Shown here piece by piece: positions 32,984 to 34,726 of a stretch of 34,726 nucleotides of DNA (positions within the stretch are counted from its first letter, which is position 1; every line of letters starts with the position of its first letter). The position numbers and the translations under genes are program-made. The notes below the pieces were generated by a model. The model was not told the DNA's origin and did not search any database. It saw nothing but the letters and a program-made list of their open reading frames with translations. Origin of the DNA: Macrostomum lignano (Eukaryota); NCBI GenBank assembly GCA_002269645.1, contig NIVC01004282.1, positions 1-34,726 of the forward strand, read 5' to 3'.

Positions 32984-33470
32984 ATATTCAGTATATATGC
33001 GCTACTGCCCTACTTTAAGTAGCGAGCGCAGAGAGCGCGTTTGTTTTTTTTATTATTCATTTTCGGAGGTCAACTTGGATGTGAGAAAATTCGACATTGA
33101 ATTCTGATTAACCCGATTGAGTCTCATTAATTTTATCTTTCATTTGTGTAAATCTGGTCATAAAATCGACTAGTTTCACTTGCTCGTAGAGTCCTACCAA
33201 CTTTATTTATATCCATTGTCTCAATATTTTTCCACATTTTAAGCTACATTATGAAATATTAGAGTCCTGCTTTGACATGTTTGTTATTTAAGCGGAATTT
33301 TATGTTTAAACCGATTTAATCTAATACTTTCCATTCAATTTTAGAGTAGCTCGTACGTTTAGCTTCGTATAAGTCTGTTAAGGCAAAGGGAAATTAATTT
33401 TTTGTATGCATAGAGTTGAGATAGCACTAGATTGCCTCCTGAATTTTCATTTAATCGTTTCTGACTTGCC

Positions 33471-34726
33471 CTTATGGAGTCCGCAGTGCTGTCTCTGAAT
33501 AATCGGCCTTATGGAGTCCGCAGTGCTGTCTCTAATAATCGGTCTTATGGAGTCCGCAGTGCTGTCTCTGAATAATCGGCCTTATGGAGTCCGCAGTGCT
33601 GTCTCTGAATAATCGGCCTTATGGAGTCCGCAGTGCTGTCTCTGAATAATCGGCCTTATGGAGTCCGCAGTGCTGTCTCTGAATAATCGGCCTTATGGAG
33701 TCCGCAGTGCTGTCTCTGAATAATCGGCCTTATGGAGTCCGCAGTGCTGTCTCTGAATAATCGGCCTTATGGAGTCCGCAGTGCTGTCTCTGAATAATCG
33801 GCCTTATGGAGTCCGCAGTGCTGTCTCTGAATAATCGGCCTTATGGAGTCCGCAGTGCTGTCTCTGAATAATCGGCCTTATGGAGTCCGCAGTGCTGTCT
33901 CTGAATAATCGGCCTTATGGAGTCCGCAGTGCTGTCTCTGAATAATCGGCCTTATGGAGTCCGCAGTGCTGTCTCTGAATAATCGGCCTTATGGAGTCCG
34001 CAGTGCTGTCTCTGAATAATCGGCCTTATGGAGTCCGCAGTGCTGTCTCTGAATAATCGGCCTTATGGAGTCCGCAGTGCTGTCTCTGAATAATCGGCCT
34101 TATGGAGTCCGCAGTGCTGTCTCTGAATAATCGGCCTTATGGAGTCCGCAGTGCTGTCTCTGAATAATCGGCCTTATGGAGTCCGCAGTGCTGTCTCTGA
34201 ATAATCGGCCTTATGGAGTCCGCAGTGCTGTCTCTGAATAATCGGCCTTATGGAGTCCGCAGTGCTGTCTCTGAATAATCGGCCTTATGGAGTCCGCAGT
34301 GCTGTCTCTGAATAATCGGCCTTATGGAGTCCGCAGTGCTGTCTCTGAATAATCGGCCTTATGGAGTCCGCAGTGCTGTCTCTGAATAATCGGCCTTATG
34401 GAGTCCGCAGTGCTGTCTCTGAATAATCGGCCTTATGGAGTCCACAGTGCTGTCTCTGAATAATCGGCCTTATGGAGTCCGCAGTGCTGTCTCTGAATAA
34501 TCGGCCTTATGAGGTCCTGCAGTGCTGTCTCTGAATAATCGGCCTTGTTGAGGAGTCGCAGTGCTGTCTCTGAATAATCGCCTTATGAGGTCCGCAGTGC
34601 TGTCTCTGAATAATCGGCCTTATGAGGTCCGCAGTGCTGTCTCTGAATAATCGCCTTATGGAGTCTGCAGTGCTGTCTCTGAATAATCGGCCTTATGAGG
34701 TCTGCAGTGCTGTCTCTGAATAATCG
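33471..34726. repeat. 37-bp satellite, at least 34 near-identical copies, running off the window end
   Basis: Unit cttatggagtccgcagtgctgtctctgaataatcggc; starts at 33471 and 33508. Confidence 0.98.

Noticed and set aside
1972-34726. CRISPR-like arrays
   Set aside because: All arrays are head-to-tail repeats with no unique spacers, there are no cas genes, and the context is eukaryotic.

Overview
Eukaryotic (invertebrate-like animal) genomic window. GC3-rich exons, AT-rich introns and dense minisatellites are reminiscent of the flatworm Macrostomum, but that is inference only. The left 22 kb holds a complete 20-exon inner-arm axonemal dynein heavy chain gene on the minus strand (DNAH12 orthologue, about 3,980 aa after repairing three single-base deletions that look like assembly errors). 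Two probable alternative-splicing elements are hidden in its introns and absent from the ORF track: a duplicated 141-bp exon (6498-6638 vs 6908-7048; candidate mutually exclusive pair) and an in-frame 72-bp cassette exon (9056-9127) followed by an RBFOX motif cluster. Head-to-head with it is a plus-strand FAM174-like single-pass membrane protein gene. Its 9.9-kb intron lies in a sharply bounded CpG-depleted domain and contains a Mutator-like foldback element, a second MITE, a satellite-loaded Helitron-like element and a Gypsy relic with a tandemly multiplied tRNA-Leu primer-binding site. Several tandem arrays share a short core motif. All coordinates, translations and counts were done by hand; homologue comparisons are from memory, not database searches.
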